Source: Octopus sinensis (lineage: Eukaryota). From it: DNA of 64,000 nucleotides. Positions 1 through 10,576 of this stretch are shown here, piece by piece. The first letter of the stretch is position 1; each line of letters begins with the position of its first letter. A program made the translations under genes and the position numbers. Below the pieces are notes generated by a model. It did no database searches. It had not been told where the DNA came from and saw only the letters and a program-made list of their open reading frames with translations. Location of the stretch: contig NC_043011.1 in NCBI RefSeq assembly GCF_006345805.1, positions 12,412,464-12,476,463 of the forward strand. The letters run 5' to 3'.

Positions 1-326
1 TTCAAAACATTCAACAGTGGAACATTCTGATTATATAATGGATAAAGCTCTTTATAATTACAAATTGTAATTGAAATCCTCTGAGTTTATTCTTTTGTAT
101 CTCGAAAAGTAGGGGTGATAGTCTCACCCCTACTTTTGGAAATACAACACAACTCTTTATATATTGATGTTGCTAATTAAGTTTCACCTTACATCTTAAT
201 GCATTACAAGTTAGATGTATTTTGGGGTGTATTTTGGGTACTGATTCCAAATATACCATTGATTTTGCTATTTCAGTTCTAGTTTTGGAGATACAACATA
301 CCCCTTTTGTATATTGATATATCCAC

Positions 327-933
327 GGCTCAGAGACCTGGATCACTTACCGCAGTCACATCCGTCTCCTCAAGCGCTTCCACCAGCAATGTCTCCGCAC
401 CATCCTCAACATTCACTGGAGTGACTTCGTCACAAACATTGCGGTCTTGGAGCGGGCCGAGATCCCCAGCATTGAAGTCATGCTACTGAAGTACCACCTC
501 CGATGGGCAGGGCATGTCTCCAGAATGGAGAACCATCACCTTCCAAAGATTGCCCTGTTTGGCAAACTCTCCACCGGCCACCGAATGAGAGGAGCTCCGA
601 GGAAGCGCTACAAAGACTGCCTCCAAGAAGTCTCAAACAGCATGTCATATTAACCACCAATGCTGGTCAGACCTGGCTGCGGACCGTGATGTCTGGCGCC
701 ACATGATCTTCAACACAGTCAGCACGATTGAGGAACAAAGAAGAGACACACTTAAAGACAAGAGACACAGGAGGAAGGCGCGAGCCGCCTCTGACACCAC
801 ACCGGATATTACCTTCATCTGTGGACACTGCTCACAGACCTGCCTTTCCGATATTGGACTTGTAAGTCATGAGCGTGCATGCACGCGACGTGGACAGCCT
901 TCCTGATCTTCGTTCGCAAAGCCAAGCCGTGCC
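327..933 (+). mobile_element. RTE-clade LINE (BovB/Expander-like), 5'-truncated 3' end with two frameshifts
   Basis: Reading from 323 gives HGSETWITYRSHIRLLKRFHQQCLRTILNIHW...LRWAGHVSRM...RGAPRKRYKD, then C-terminal FICGHCSQTCLSDIGLVSHERAC (ORFs 447..653, 703..906). Apparent TSD ATATCCAC at 319-326 and 934-941. Confidence 0.9.
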
Positions 934-1201
934 ATATCCACATATATCAATTAGGGACATCATTTGCACCATAATTTAGACCTACTTTTCAGTAAATTTT
1001 TGAGTGCTGATACCAAAAATGGCCCCAGTTTTGCCCTGTTAGTTCCAACTAATTAATGATTTATATTTTGATACAAATGTAACAACAATATTAATGGTAT
1101 TAGTTACAGTACATACTTTTAAGTCAAACACTTGCTACTAAATCAATCTATTTCAATACTAAAGTTTAGACTTTAAACTTTTGTATTGAAATAAACTGAT
1201 T

Positions 1202-1747
1202 TAGTGGTTCCCAAACTTTTTAGAGTCGCAACCCACTATTTATCACACCAGTTTACGACGACCCACTTAACTCTACTGAGTAAAAACATTAATGAAATTA
1301 ACAAATTTATTTCAGACTACATCTTCAGTGAGGCGTGTGAGAAGGATGAGCCTGTTTCTTGCTACGCTCAATAATAGAATTAACATCGGGTTCAATGTGT
1401 GATAGTTTCAGGTGTAAAGAATTTGAGAGTTGCAGTTTATTTCGATATTTGCTTTTAATCCCAACCCTTGCTGAAAATCCAGCTTCACAAATGTAAGATG
1501 ACGTGAAAGGGAGAAGTACTTTTAATGGTTCGGTGGAAATGATTGGGTACCTCTGATTTGTTAAGTTCGTGAAAAAGCCTACTGCTTGATAAAACAACAA
1601 GTCTGGTATTGAAAACATAAGTCTTGAACTATCTCAATAGACAGCAGTTAATCAAAGCTAATGCGTAATTTTATAACTTTTTGCGACCCACTAAGATTCC
1701 GTTCGTGACCCATCTGTGGGTTGCGACTCATAGTTTGTGAACCACTG
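1202..1747 (-). mobile_element. Non-autonomous hAT (Charlie/Buster-type) element retaining the transposase C-terminal dimerization region
   Basis: TIRs (T)AGTGGTTCCCAAAC at 1202 and GTTTGTGAACCACTG ending 1747. ORF 1325..1618 reads LKVLLPFTSSYICEAGFS...IKSKYRNKL...KQAHPSH, typical of Buster/Charlie transposase ends. TSD not matched. Confidence 0.85.
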
Positions 1748-1764
1748 GTTTAGAGTAGAGACAC

Positions 1765-2150
1765 TAAGCAAAGAAGGTGTCTGTTTTGATGACTTCTGAA
1801 GTAAATTCCTTGGACTGAATTCATAAACGTTTAATGTGGTCTTTTTTTTTCTCTCTATTTAGTAATCAAAAACCTTCTTGACAACTTCTATTAATTCGGG
1901 GTGATAACAATCCTGAATTAGCAGAAGACCATGCTCTTCAATTTTAACAATCTTGGCTGTAACATGAGTATCAATATCCATTCTCTCCACATTTAGATTG
2001 CTTTCCAGAAAGGTTTTGTGATTTATGCAAAGAACAAAGTGAAAGACTTCAATAGAATGTAAAACAATGGAAGAGGGGAATCAGAGAAAGGTATGATGCA
2101 CACATGATGGTAGATTATTGCTAGAACCTTTTTAGCAGGACTGTCTTGGT
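1765..2150 (+). mobile_element. Degraded Chapaev3-like (CMC) transposase C-terminal fragment
   Basis: Frameshifted translation VIKNLL...NLGCNMSINIHSLH/HLDCFPERFCDLCKEQSERLQ...DAHMMVDYC resembles the recalled motif LGCNMSLKIHFLHSHLDFFP..SDE.GERFHQ...MMADYCW. Family assignment is from memory. Confidence 0.6.
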
Positions 2151-2521
2151 AAATCTCACTCTAGAAAATTCTATCAAACTAACTTGTTATTATTGAACAA
2201 ATGACCATTTTATATATTTTATATGCATATATTTTATATACATATATTTTATATACATATATTTTATATACATATATTTTTCTGTTTCAATTACTATAGA
2301 TTCTAATACCACTATAAGTTTTTTTTATTTACATTATTTACATTTGACGGATATTTTTTTTTAATGTTCTATTGAAATAAACTAATTTAGTAATATGTGG
2401 TTATTTTAATATTATGTAGTATATTAATAGCGTTAATAATGTTATTTTTGTTACAAATAGAGTCTTTTGGGTAAGATTGATGTGGCTTTAGGTTCAACAT
2501 CCCAAATATATTCCAAAATTG

Positions 2522-2823
2522 TCGAGACACATGGCCTAGTGGTTAGAGCAGCGGACTCGCAGTCGAGGATAGCAGGTTTGAATCTCAGATCGGGCGATGT
2601 GTGTGTTTATGAGTGAAACACCTAAGCTCCACGCGGCTCCAGCAGAAGGTAATGGCGAAACTTCTGCTGACTCTTCCGCCACAACTTTCTCTCACTCTTT
2701 CCTCCTGCATCTTGCAGCTCACCTGCGATGGACCGGCGTCCTGTCCAGGTGGGGAACCTATACGCTAAGAAACCGGGAAACCGGACCTTATGAGCCAGGC
2801 ATGGCTCGAGAAGGAACAACCAA
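2522..2823 (+). mobile_element. tRNA-derived SINE, family A
   Basis: tRNA-like head with A/B boxes (TGGCCTAGTGGTTAGAGCAG...GGTTTGAATCTC) and (AAC)n tail. 20-bp TSD CCAAATATATTCCAAAATTG at 2502-2521 and 2824-2843. Confidence 0.9.
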
Positions 2824-3335
2824 CCAAATATATTCCAAAATTGGGCTAAGTTCTTGAGCACCAAAATGTAAGGTGCAACTGTGGTCTCTTATTTCAGAAC
2901 ACGAATGGATACATCAGGCCTCAAAAGAGTGTGATCTACCTCCATAACTGAAGCTGATATCATAAAACTGATGTTATACTCTCTTTTACTCTTTTACTTG
3001 TTATTATTGAACAAATGACCATTTTATATATTTTATATGCATATATTTTATATACATATATTTTATATACATATATTTTATATACATATATTTTTCTGTT
3101 TCAATTACTATAGATTCTAATACCACTATAAGTTTTTTTTATTTACATTATTTACATTTGACGGATATTTTTTTTTAATGTTCTATTGAAATAAACTAAT
3201 TTAGTAATATGTGGTTATTTTAATATTATGTAGTATATTAATAGCGTTAATAATGTTATTTTTGTTACAAATAGAGTCTTTTGGGTAAGATTGATGTGGC
3301 TTTAGGTTCAACATCCCAAATATATTCCAAAATTG

Positions 3336-3637
3336 TCGAGACACATGGCCTAGTGGTTAGAGCAGCGGACTCGCAGTCGAGGATAGCAGGTTTGAATCTC
3401 AGATCGGGCGATGTGTGTGTTTATGAGTGAAACACCTAAGCTCCACGCGGCTCCAGCAGAAGGTAATGGCGAAACTTCTGCTGACTCTTCCGCCACAACT
3501 TTCTCTCACTCTTTCCTCCTGCATCTTGCAGCTCACCTGCGATGGACCGGCGTCCCGTCCAGGTGGGGAACCTATACGCTAAGAAACCGGGAAACCGGAC
3601 CTTATGAGCCAGGCATGGCTCGAGAAGGAACAACCAA
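3336..3637 (+). mobile_element. tRNA-derived SINE, family A (duplicated copy)
   Basis: Copy of 2522-2823 inside the 814-bp duplication, with the same TSD. Confidence 0.9.
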
Positions 3638-3790
3638 CCAAATATATTCCAAAATTGGGCTAAGTTCTTGAGCACCAAAATGTAAGGTGCAACTGTGGTC
3701 TCTTATTTCAGAACACGAATGGATACATCAGGCCTCAAAAGAGTGTGATCTACCTCCATAACTGAAGCTGATATCATAAAACTGATGTTA

Positions 3791-4192
3791 TACTCTCTTT
3801 TACTCTTTTACTTGTTTCAGTCATTTGACTGCGGCCATGCTGGAGCACCGCCTTTAATCGAGCAAATTGACCCCGGGACTTATTCTTTGTAAGCCCAGTA
3901 CTTATTCTATCGGTCCCTTTTTGCCAAATCGCTAAGTGACGGGGACATAAACACACCAGCATCGGTTGTCAAGCAATGTTGTATGGGACAAACACAGACA
4001 CACAAACATACAAGCACACATACATATATATATATATACATATATACGACGGGCTTCTTTCAGTTTCCGTCTACCAAATCCACTCACAAGGCTTTGGTCA
4101 GCCCGAGGCTATAGTAGAAGACACTTGCCCAAGGTTCCATGCAGTGGGACAGAACCCGGAACCATGTGGTTGGTAAACAAGCTACTTACCAC
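3791..4192 (-). mobile_element. SINE family B (tRNA-like head, internal (CA)/(TA) microsatellite, AAAAGAGT tail)
   Basis: Same sequence as 17074-17471, 22806-23219 and 23505-23921. Confidence 0.85.
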
Positions 4193-4501
4193 GAGTACTG
4201 TTGAAACACTGTGGCATCTCAAAGTTCACTCACCACAGTGAATCAGATGTCTCATGAATGAACATACATTGTCTGGAAGGTGATGTTATTCTCCACAGAC
4301 AAAATACAACAGTGATTAGCATATTCATGTTTAAATCTGTTGAAATGCATTAAGAATAAACATGTCCATCATTGCTTTGATTTTTTTCTCTCTATGCACA
4401 TAACAATTTATTGTAGCATATTCACACATATAGACACATGCACATGTTCCTCCTACACATGTCAAAACATAGATTATCAAAGATCTTTTTCTGTTGTCTA
4501 G

Positions 4502-4681
4502 TGTAATTATTTAGTTTTATTTGTACTATTTTGTTACTATGTTTTATATATATGGAGATCTGGGGTTAGGCTTGTAACAGAACTAGTCAAAGATGATTTG
4601 ATCAGTACAAAACAGTACAAATTTATTGAAAGAATTGTGCAGTCTGATGAAGAGATTGGTTATAGAAAGTCAATAACATAA
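4502..4681 (+). CDS. Putative terminal coding exon of an unidentified membrane protein (CNYLVLFVLFCYYVLYIWRSGVRLVTELVKDDLISTKQYKFIERIVQSDEEIGYRKSIT*)
   Basis: Acceptor ttttctgttgtctag ends at 4501 and only frame 0 is open (59 codons, hydrophobic N-half). Donor TTG|GTAAGT at 4689/4690 lies 8 nt after the stop; next acceptor ggtcttgcag ends at 4804; AATAAA near 5456. No homology recognised. Confidence 0.35.
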   Translation, partial: CNYLVLFVLFCYYVLYIWRSGVRLVTELVKDDLISTKQYKFIERIVQSDEEIGYRKSIT

Positions 4682-5546
4682 CTATTTTGGTAAGTGTGTA
4701 TTTTGTATTTGCCTTTACTAGATGGGGGGAAAGAGTAAAATAATATTGTAAACAATGTTTAGGTGTGGAGTTACATAATCTCTGTATTTGCTATGGTCTT
4801 GCAGATAATAAGTGATCGAAACAGACTGTGACTATGCATTCTGACAACTACGGGTCTACAGACGTTGTTTTATTGAATTAATGGAAAACTTTTATTATAA
4901 ATGATTTGTAGTTTGTGGTGGTTTGTAGCATAAGACCTAAGAACTAACCTGGTGGAATCTATGAATCCATTTTCCCCTTACAGCAGCTGAATGTTTTCAC
5001 ATATAAATACTCAGCTCTGTTTTTTTAAGTGTGAGCAACATAGCTCTATTGTATGTAATGCCTAAAGTATTAGTTCTTTATTTTGTGAGGATATCACCTT
5101 GTTATGAGGGATGTATATGATAACATTATTTTATGTTGTTTGGTCTGATGGCTAGGTAGGATTATATGATCTCCAGATGTAAAGGCATATGGGTATAATA
5201 TGTGATAGTTTGTTGTAAATAGGGATATAAAACAATTGATTAAAAGAAATGGAGTGCTTTCTCCTCCTGGGACATATTTTTAATATCTTTTATTGTAGTA
5301 TATTTTAGGCTTGTATTTGTCTAATACAGAAAAAGTGAATGCTAGGATCTATTGGAAGAAGCTTATATTTATATATTTATAGAAGTATGTTAACTAATAA
5401 TATCTGCATGTAAAAACATAATTCATGCAGTTGTAATAGTTTGTTTCTCATGCTCAATAAAATTAACAAATTTTATTTATTTCATACCAAAATTTGTGTC
5501 ACAATTTTTCAATGAGCAAATCTCTGGTCCTGTCATTTCTGATGTC

Positions 5547-5712
5547 AACATCATCATCATCATCGTTTAACGTCCGTTTTCCGTGCTAGCATGGGTTGGA
5601 CAGTTCGACCGGGATCTGAGAAGCCAGAAGGCTGCACCAGGCTCCAGTCTGATCTGGCAGTGTTTCCACAGCTGGATGCCCTTCCTAATGAACCACTCCG
5701 TGGTTGGCATTA
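5547..5712 (-). mobile_element. SINE family C 3' part (RTE-type tail, (GAT)n end)
   Basis: Matches 12928-13130, 16622-16762, 26405-26592, 26995-27425 and 42039-42200. Confidence 0.85.
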
Positions 5713-6299
5713 GGAACAGTAACAAAAAAAGTATCTAACTTGATGCAGAACAAACATCTCAAGGGACTTAGTTTGCAAGGCTATGGTTTTTCTGTTTTCT
5801 TGCTGATGTCTAAAACTTTTACAACACATACACACACACGTATAAGCATGTGTGTATATTTATAAACATACAATTTTAATCTTGTTGTGAAACTAATAAA
5901 TTAAATTGTGGATCTTCCCACACTTTCTAGCGACCAAATTCCAGTCACAAAGTATTTATTGATCTGTGGTTCTGATAGAAGACATTTATTTATTTAATGT
6001 GTTGTGCCGTGGGATTAAACTCAGAACACATGATTACAAAGCAAACTTCTTAACTGCATATCTATGTCCATGTGAAAAACACAATGGATATTCCACTTCT
6101 AGAAGGAGTAAAGAATTTCTTATAGTAGATGCAAGTTATTTATTTCTCCATACCCTAACAAATTGCCTTGTACATGATGTTATAACAAATTCAGTATACT
6201 TGGATTGCTGCTAATTTACAGAAGCAGTCTGTATAGTTGAATAATGATAATCATATTGTTACTTCAAGTGGCAAAAGAATGTCTCTCCGTACAGAAGAC

Positions 6300-7180
6300 A
6301 GATGTTTAACACAGATTTAAGGAAGGTGATACATGAGCATTGAATATAGAAAAGCTGCATTCAGCTAGGGAAGCTGAAAAAGGCTGAGTATTGAAGATAT
6401 CAGGCAATATATAGGAAGAGGAAGACAATGGCACATTTGCTGACTGGAATCCACCTGCAGAAGAGGAAGACACGGAAGGGATCTTTTCGGTTTGAACGGC
6501 AGATTTTAACATAATTTCTAGGTAACTAAAAAATTTCAAACTTCGTATACTGGTAGAATGTGTTTATAAAACATCTTTTTCTCTTGGCTTTATTGAGAAA
6601 ATTCTATTTGTTTTTTTTCTTGAATTTCTGCAATTTCAACCAATCACTGACGTCTATTGAAGTAAAAAACATTCTGTGCCGTATGAATATATCCCTCGTT
6701 TAAGAAACAGATTGGGTTTATTTACATTTGTGAAGGAAAAAAGATACCCTTCCCCCCACCCCTAACCCTAACTAACCCTAACCCTAACCCTAAAACAGAT
6801 TGAAATGCAATAGATCGATACTCTCCCTCTCTCTCTCTTTCGGAGAGGCACAAGCACCTACACGCACATATACACACACGGCACTAACTTCCGCCTGCCA
6901 AATTCAATCACAAAGCTTCGGTCGGCTCAGGGCTATAGCAGAAGACACCTACCCAAAGTGCCACGCAGTGGGACTGAACCTGAAACCATATAGCTAGGAA
7001 GCAAGCTCCCTAACCACACAGCCATGACAATTTCATATGACACCGCTAGAAAAAACTGCCGTTCAAACCGAAAAGATCCCACGGAAGAAATTGTAAGGTC
7101 AGATTTCAGGATGTTGGAGCCAAAATGACAGAAGACAAAGATCAGTCGTGATATACAGGACAGCAGATTTGTCTAATCAA
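6300..7180 (+). mobile_element. Degraded RTE LINE 3' end interrupted by a MITE at 6479-7079
   Basis: WNPP..RGR-like sequence precedes the MITE and EEIVRSDFRML follows it, joined through the TSD CACGGAAG. Confidence 0.5.
6479..7079. mobile_element. MITE with 24-bp TIRs, 8-bp TSD and internal (CCCTAA)n; contains a family B SINE fragment (~6832-7025)
   Basis: TIR GGATCTTTTCGGTTTGAACGGCAG / CTGCCGTTCAAACCGAAAAGATCC. TSD CACGGAAG at 6471-6478 and 7080-7087. Confidence 0.95.
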
Positions 7181-7779
7181 TACTATCATGATAAATATGA
7201 TGCTAAAATGATGATGGTGAATTAATTGTGTGATAAATGTGAGCTGTACTTTTCCCTTCAACAGTACTATGTGGTACAGTAGATCCTGCTTTATAAATCC
7301 ACTCGCTTAATTTTTCCAAAAATGGGTTGGGACGGAAATTCTACACATAAAATCTCTCATTTAATAAATCCAAACCATCGCTTAATAAATCAATTTGTTG
7401 CTGCTTCTTTCTAAAGTGACAGTGAAGGAATGAAGTGTTTTTATTTTTGCTCTTAAATATTGACAGGTAGGCTCCAGCAGCCACAGCCAACCAGCTATCA
7501 CATGGTACACTCCATCGCCCAAAAATAGATGAATAGATATGTAGTTGCTGTCGGTGGCTGCTGGAGCCTACCACACAACCCTGTCATTCAAACGAAAAAG
7601 TAGACCCCGGGGACACCTCTTGTCAAAATTACATGCCCTTCTCATTCATTGGATGATGGAGTGTGTCACGTGACAGCTGGGTGGTTGTGGCTGCTGGAAC
7701 CTACCTGTCAGTATTTAAAGATAAAAAAAATCATGTTATTTGTTATTTGTGCAGAGGCAGACACACACACACAAGTGAA

Positions 7780-7945
7780 CCCAGGTTCAAAATTTCCCCA
7801 AGACACCTGATGAAGGCTGGAGGGTATATCAGCCGAAATGTTGTGTTAACAACGAACAAGATGAGGACAGATATCCGTCAAATATGAATAATGTAAATAG
7901 TGTAAATAATGTACATAATTCATCATCTCTTAAATATAGAATTGT
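7780..7945 (+). mobile_element. Penelope-like element terminal-repeat fragment nested in the Tigger 5' region
   Basis: Contains the CTGATGAAGGC...GCCGAAA motif typical of PLE terminal repeats. A reverse-orientation piece (TTTACATTTGACGGATAT) also occurs near 2338 and 3152. Confidence 0.55.
7802..7847 (+). ncRNA. Minimal type I hammerhead ribozyme motif (PLE-type)
   Basis: CTGATGA 7807-7813; stem II GGCTG/CAGCC; GAAA 7835-7838; minimal stem III ATGT with T as H17; stem I GACAC/GTGTT. Confidence 0.65.
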
Positions 7946-7978
7946 ATTAACACAAGCAAGTTGTTCAAAATGTTCAAA

Positions 7979-9640
7979 ATGAAAAGAGAGAGGCAGGACA
8001 AATCCGTGGCAGAAAAGATTCAATTGTTAGAATGTTACAAAGCTCTTGGGAAAACAACTCAGTGGAAAGCAGTACAGAGTTTTGGAATTTCAAGAATTCT
8101 GCTCTAGAATTTGTTAAAGAATGAAGATGACCATTGTGTCAAAGAACATGATGGCTGTTCACCAAAGAGAAAGCCCCAACAGATGAACTGTGCTCTCTAC
8201 AATTGGTTTCAATTTATTTGCTCAAGAAACATGCTCGTCAATGGTCTGATCCTAATGCACAAAGCCAACACCTTTGTTAGGCACGATTTTAAGGCATCTG
8301 AAGCCTGGTTTTACCATTGGCAAAAAGATACGGAACCACTTTTATGGTTCTAAAAGGTAAGCTCTGTAGTTCACTAGTTCACATTTTTCTCTTTAGAGAA
8401 CACAAACTAAACATTTCATACTTTGCAGGTGAGGCAGCTAAAGCTGATATCGATGGAACCCACCAATTTCATGAGACAACCATGCAGCTTCTGTTGAAAT
8501 CGTATCAGTCACAGGACATCTACAATGCTGATGAAACTGGGATCTACTTTCATGCATGTCAGGGAATACATATGTCAATGAGAGTTGTAAGAAAACTGTG
8601 AGGAGCTTTAAGATGGCAAAGGACCATGTGACCTTGATGGTGGCCTGTAACATGAATGGTGACAAAGAAGACTTGCTCTTAATTGGAAAGGCTGGTTCAC
8701 CAAGATGCTTCTGATTCAGTACAACTTTTCAACCAATGCTTGGATGACAGAAAAACTCTATGGAAGATGGCTCAGATCTTGGGATTGTCATTTGCAGGAA
8801 TCTAGAAGACAAGTGGTGGTCCTACTTGACAATTGTTCTTCTCATGTAGTCATTGATGATCTCAAGAATATCACTTTGAAATTTCTTCCTCCCAATACAA
8901 TGTCAGTGCTGCAGCAGTGTGACACGGGGATAAACAACATCTTGAAAGTTTACTTCAGACATGAAATGCTTGAGATTGTTGATGCTATGGAAGACACTGA
9001 ACGTGACATTTTTGTAAAGTAAATCACCATTAAGGTCTCTAGCAAGATAATCAAACATTGTTGGACCAAATGTGGTTTTGTTTTGGCTGAAGAACCAAAT
9101 GAAGCCATAGATGTTAATGGAGATTTGATCCTGTCTTCACTGCCTACTGGATTGACCAAGATTTGATCCTGTCTTCATTGCCTACTGGATTGACCAGGAT
9201 TTGATCCTGTCTTCACTGCCTACTGGATTGACCAAGATTTGATCCTGTCTTCCCTGCCTACTGGATTGACCAAAAAGCAATTCGAGAACTGGTTGTCCAT
9301 AGATGATGGTGCTGTTGTGTGCTCCAGAGACCATCACTGAAGAAGAAAAACTTGATGAGATCAGTCATGATGTTCGGCAATCTGAGAAGGAAACTGAAGG
9401 AGAAGAAATATTGCAATTCTGACATTGATGTTCATGAAAGAGTTCCAGAGCCTCCAACACCAGCTGAAATGAGATGCTATCTCACTCAATAAGAAAGTGG
9501 CCTTGAAAGTTTTGATTTCAGTGACATGAATCTTTTTAGAACTCTTATGGAAGAAAAAATCAATGCAGATTTGTGAACAAAGTGTCCAGCAAAGCAAACA
9601 ACACTCAACAAATTTTTCATCCAACAACATTGTTTAAAAT
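7979..9640 (+). pseudogene. Tigger/pogo transposase pseudogene (psq HTH, CENP-B HTH, DDE_1) with intron 8357-8428
   Basis: Motifs MKRERQDKSVAEKIQLLE...FGISR, FKASEAWF, DIYNADETGIYF, VVVLLDNCSSH, LKFLPPNTMSVLQQCDTGI and C-terminal KQTTLNKFF. Multiple stops and frameshifts. Confidence 0.88.
9122..9273. repeat. 4 x 38-bp minisatellite inside the transposase 3' region
   Basis: Unit GATTTGATCCTGTCTTCACTGCCTACTGGATTGACCAA starts at 9122, 9160, 9198 and 9236. Confidence 0.95.
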
Positions 9641-10268
9641 GATTTTATTTGTATATTCACACATGTATGTATTTTAATAGATCCACATGTTTAATCAATT
9701 GGTAGATTTTGTTCCCTCGGTTAATAAATTCCTCGTTTAATAAGTCCAAAATAGGTGGTCTGAAGATGGATTTATAAAGTGGGGTCTACTGTATTAGTCT
9801 TGCTTCTATAAAGTAATTTTATAATTCAGATTCCTTCAGCATTTAATTTCTGTAACTTATATCCTTTTCTGCTCAAAAAGGAAAAAGAAAAAAGAAACTA
9901 AATGAGGATTAACGAAGGAGACTTTCCACAGGTGAGGTATGGTGCCTTTTTGATGTTGTTCAATGATTAGAAAGAATTTTCCAAGACTATTAACCAAATG
10001 TATAAAATTTCAGAAAAAGAAACTGTAAGTGCATATTTAGCAGCTTATTCATGTGCTTTGTTTGACAACAGTTTATGTAGAGATGTTTATAGTCTCTTAC
10101 AATCAATTTAGAATGTATTATTCCTGTCTGGACAACAAACTCTCGATCTGTTTAAATGATGCCTTCACATAAATCATATGCACATTTCACTTGAAAATAA
10201 TTTATGTAGTATAGCATTAAAGATGATCTTGACATGTGAAACAGAACATTTGCGAATTTTATGTATAT

Positions 10269-10576
10269 TTTTTGTTTGTTCCTTCTCGAGCCATGCCTGG
10301 CTCATAAGGGCCGGTTTCCCGGTTTCTTGGCGTATAGGTTCCCCACCTGGACGGGACGCCAGTCCATCACAGGTGAGCTGCAAGATGCAAGAGGAAAGAG
10401 TGAGAGAAAGTTGTGGCGGAAGAGTCAGCAGAAGTTTTGCCATTACCTTCTGCCGGAGCCGCATGGAGCTTAGGTATTTTTGCTCATAAACACACACATC
10501 GCCCGGTCTGAGATTCAAACCCGCGATCACTCGACCACGAGTCCACTGCTCTAACCACTAGGCCATGTGCCTCTAC
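10269..10576 (-). mobile_element. tRNA-derived SINE, family A
   Basis: Reverse copy. 14-bp TSD AATTTTATGTATAT at 10255-10268 and 10577-10590. Confidence 0.9.

Larger units (their letters stand above)
2182..3809. repeat. Near-perfect 814-bp tandem duplication (2182-2995 / 2996-3809) including a SINE
   Basis: The copies match almost base for base; one visible T/C difference (VLSR vs VPSR in ORFs 2597 and 3411). ACTTGTT occurs at 2182, 2996 and 3810. Confidence 0.95.
7277..9791 (+). mobile_element. Full-length decayed Tigger/pogo-like DNA transposon
   Basis: TIR CAGTAGATCCTGCTTTATAAATCCA at 7277 versus the reverse complement of the right end, CAGTAGACCCCACTTTATAAATCCA (ending 9791). TA dinucleotides at 7275-7276 and 9792-9793. 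Internal transposase remnants. Confidence 0.92.

Noticed and set aside
1862-2080. ~73-codon minus-strand open frame (...HPELIEVVKKVFDY*) that looked like a last exon
   Set aside because: It is the antisense shadow of the Chapaev3-like transposase relic on the plus strand.
2522-2600. tRNA gene call for SINE heads (also 3336, 10576, 29815, 38471)
   Set aside because: The heads continue into SINE bodies with TSDs and lack a complete acceptor stem.
4644-4672. CTGATGA...GAAAGTC hammerhead-like core
   Set aside because: Neither stem I nor stem II pairs; it lies in a candidate exon.
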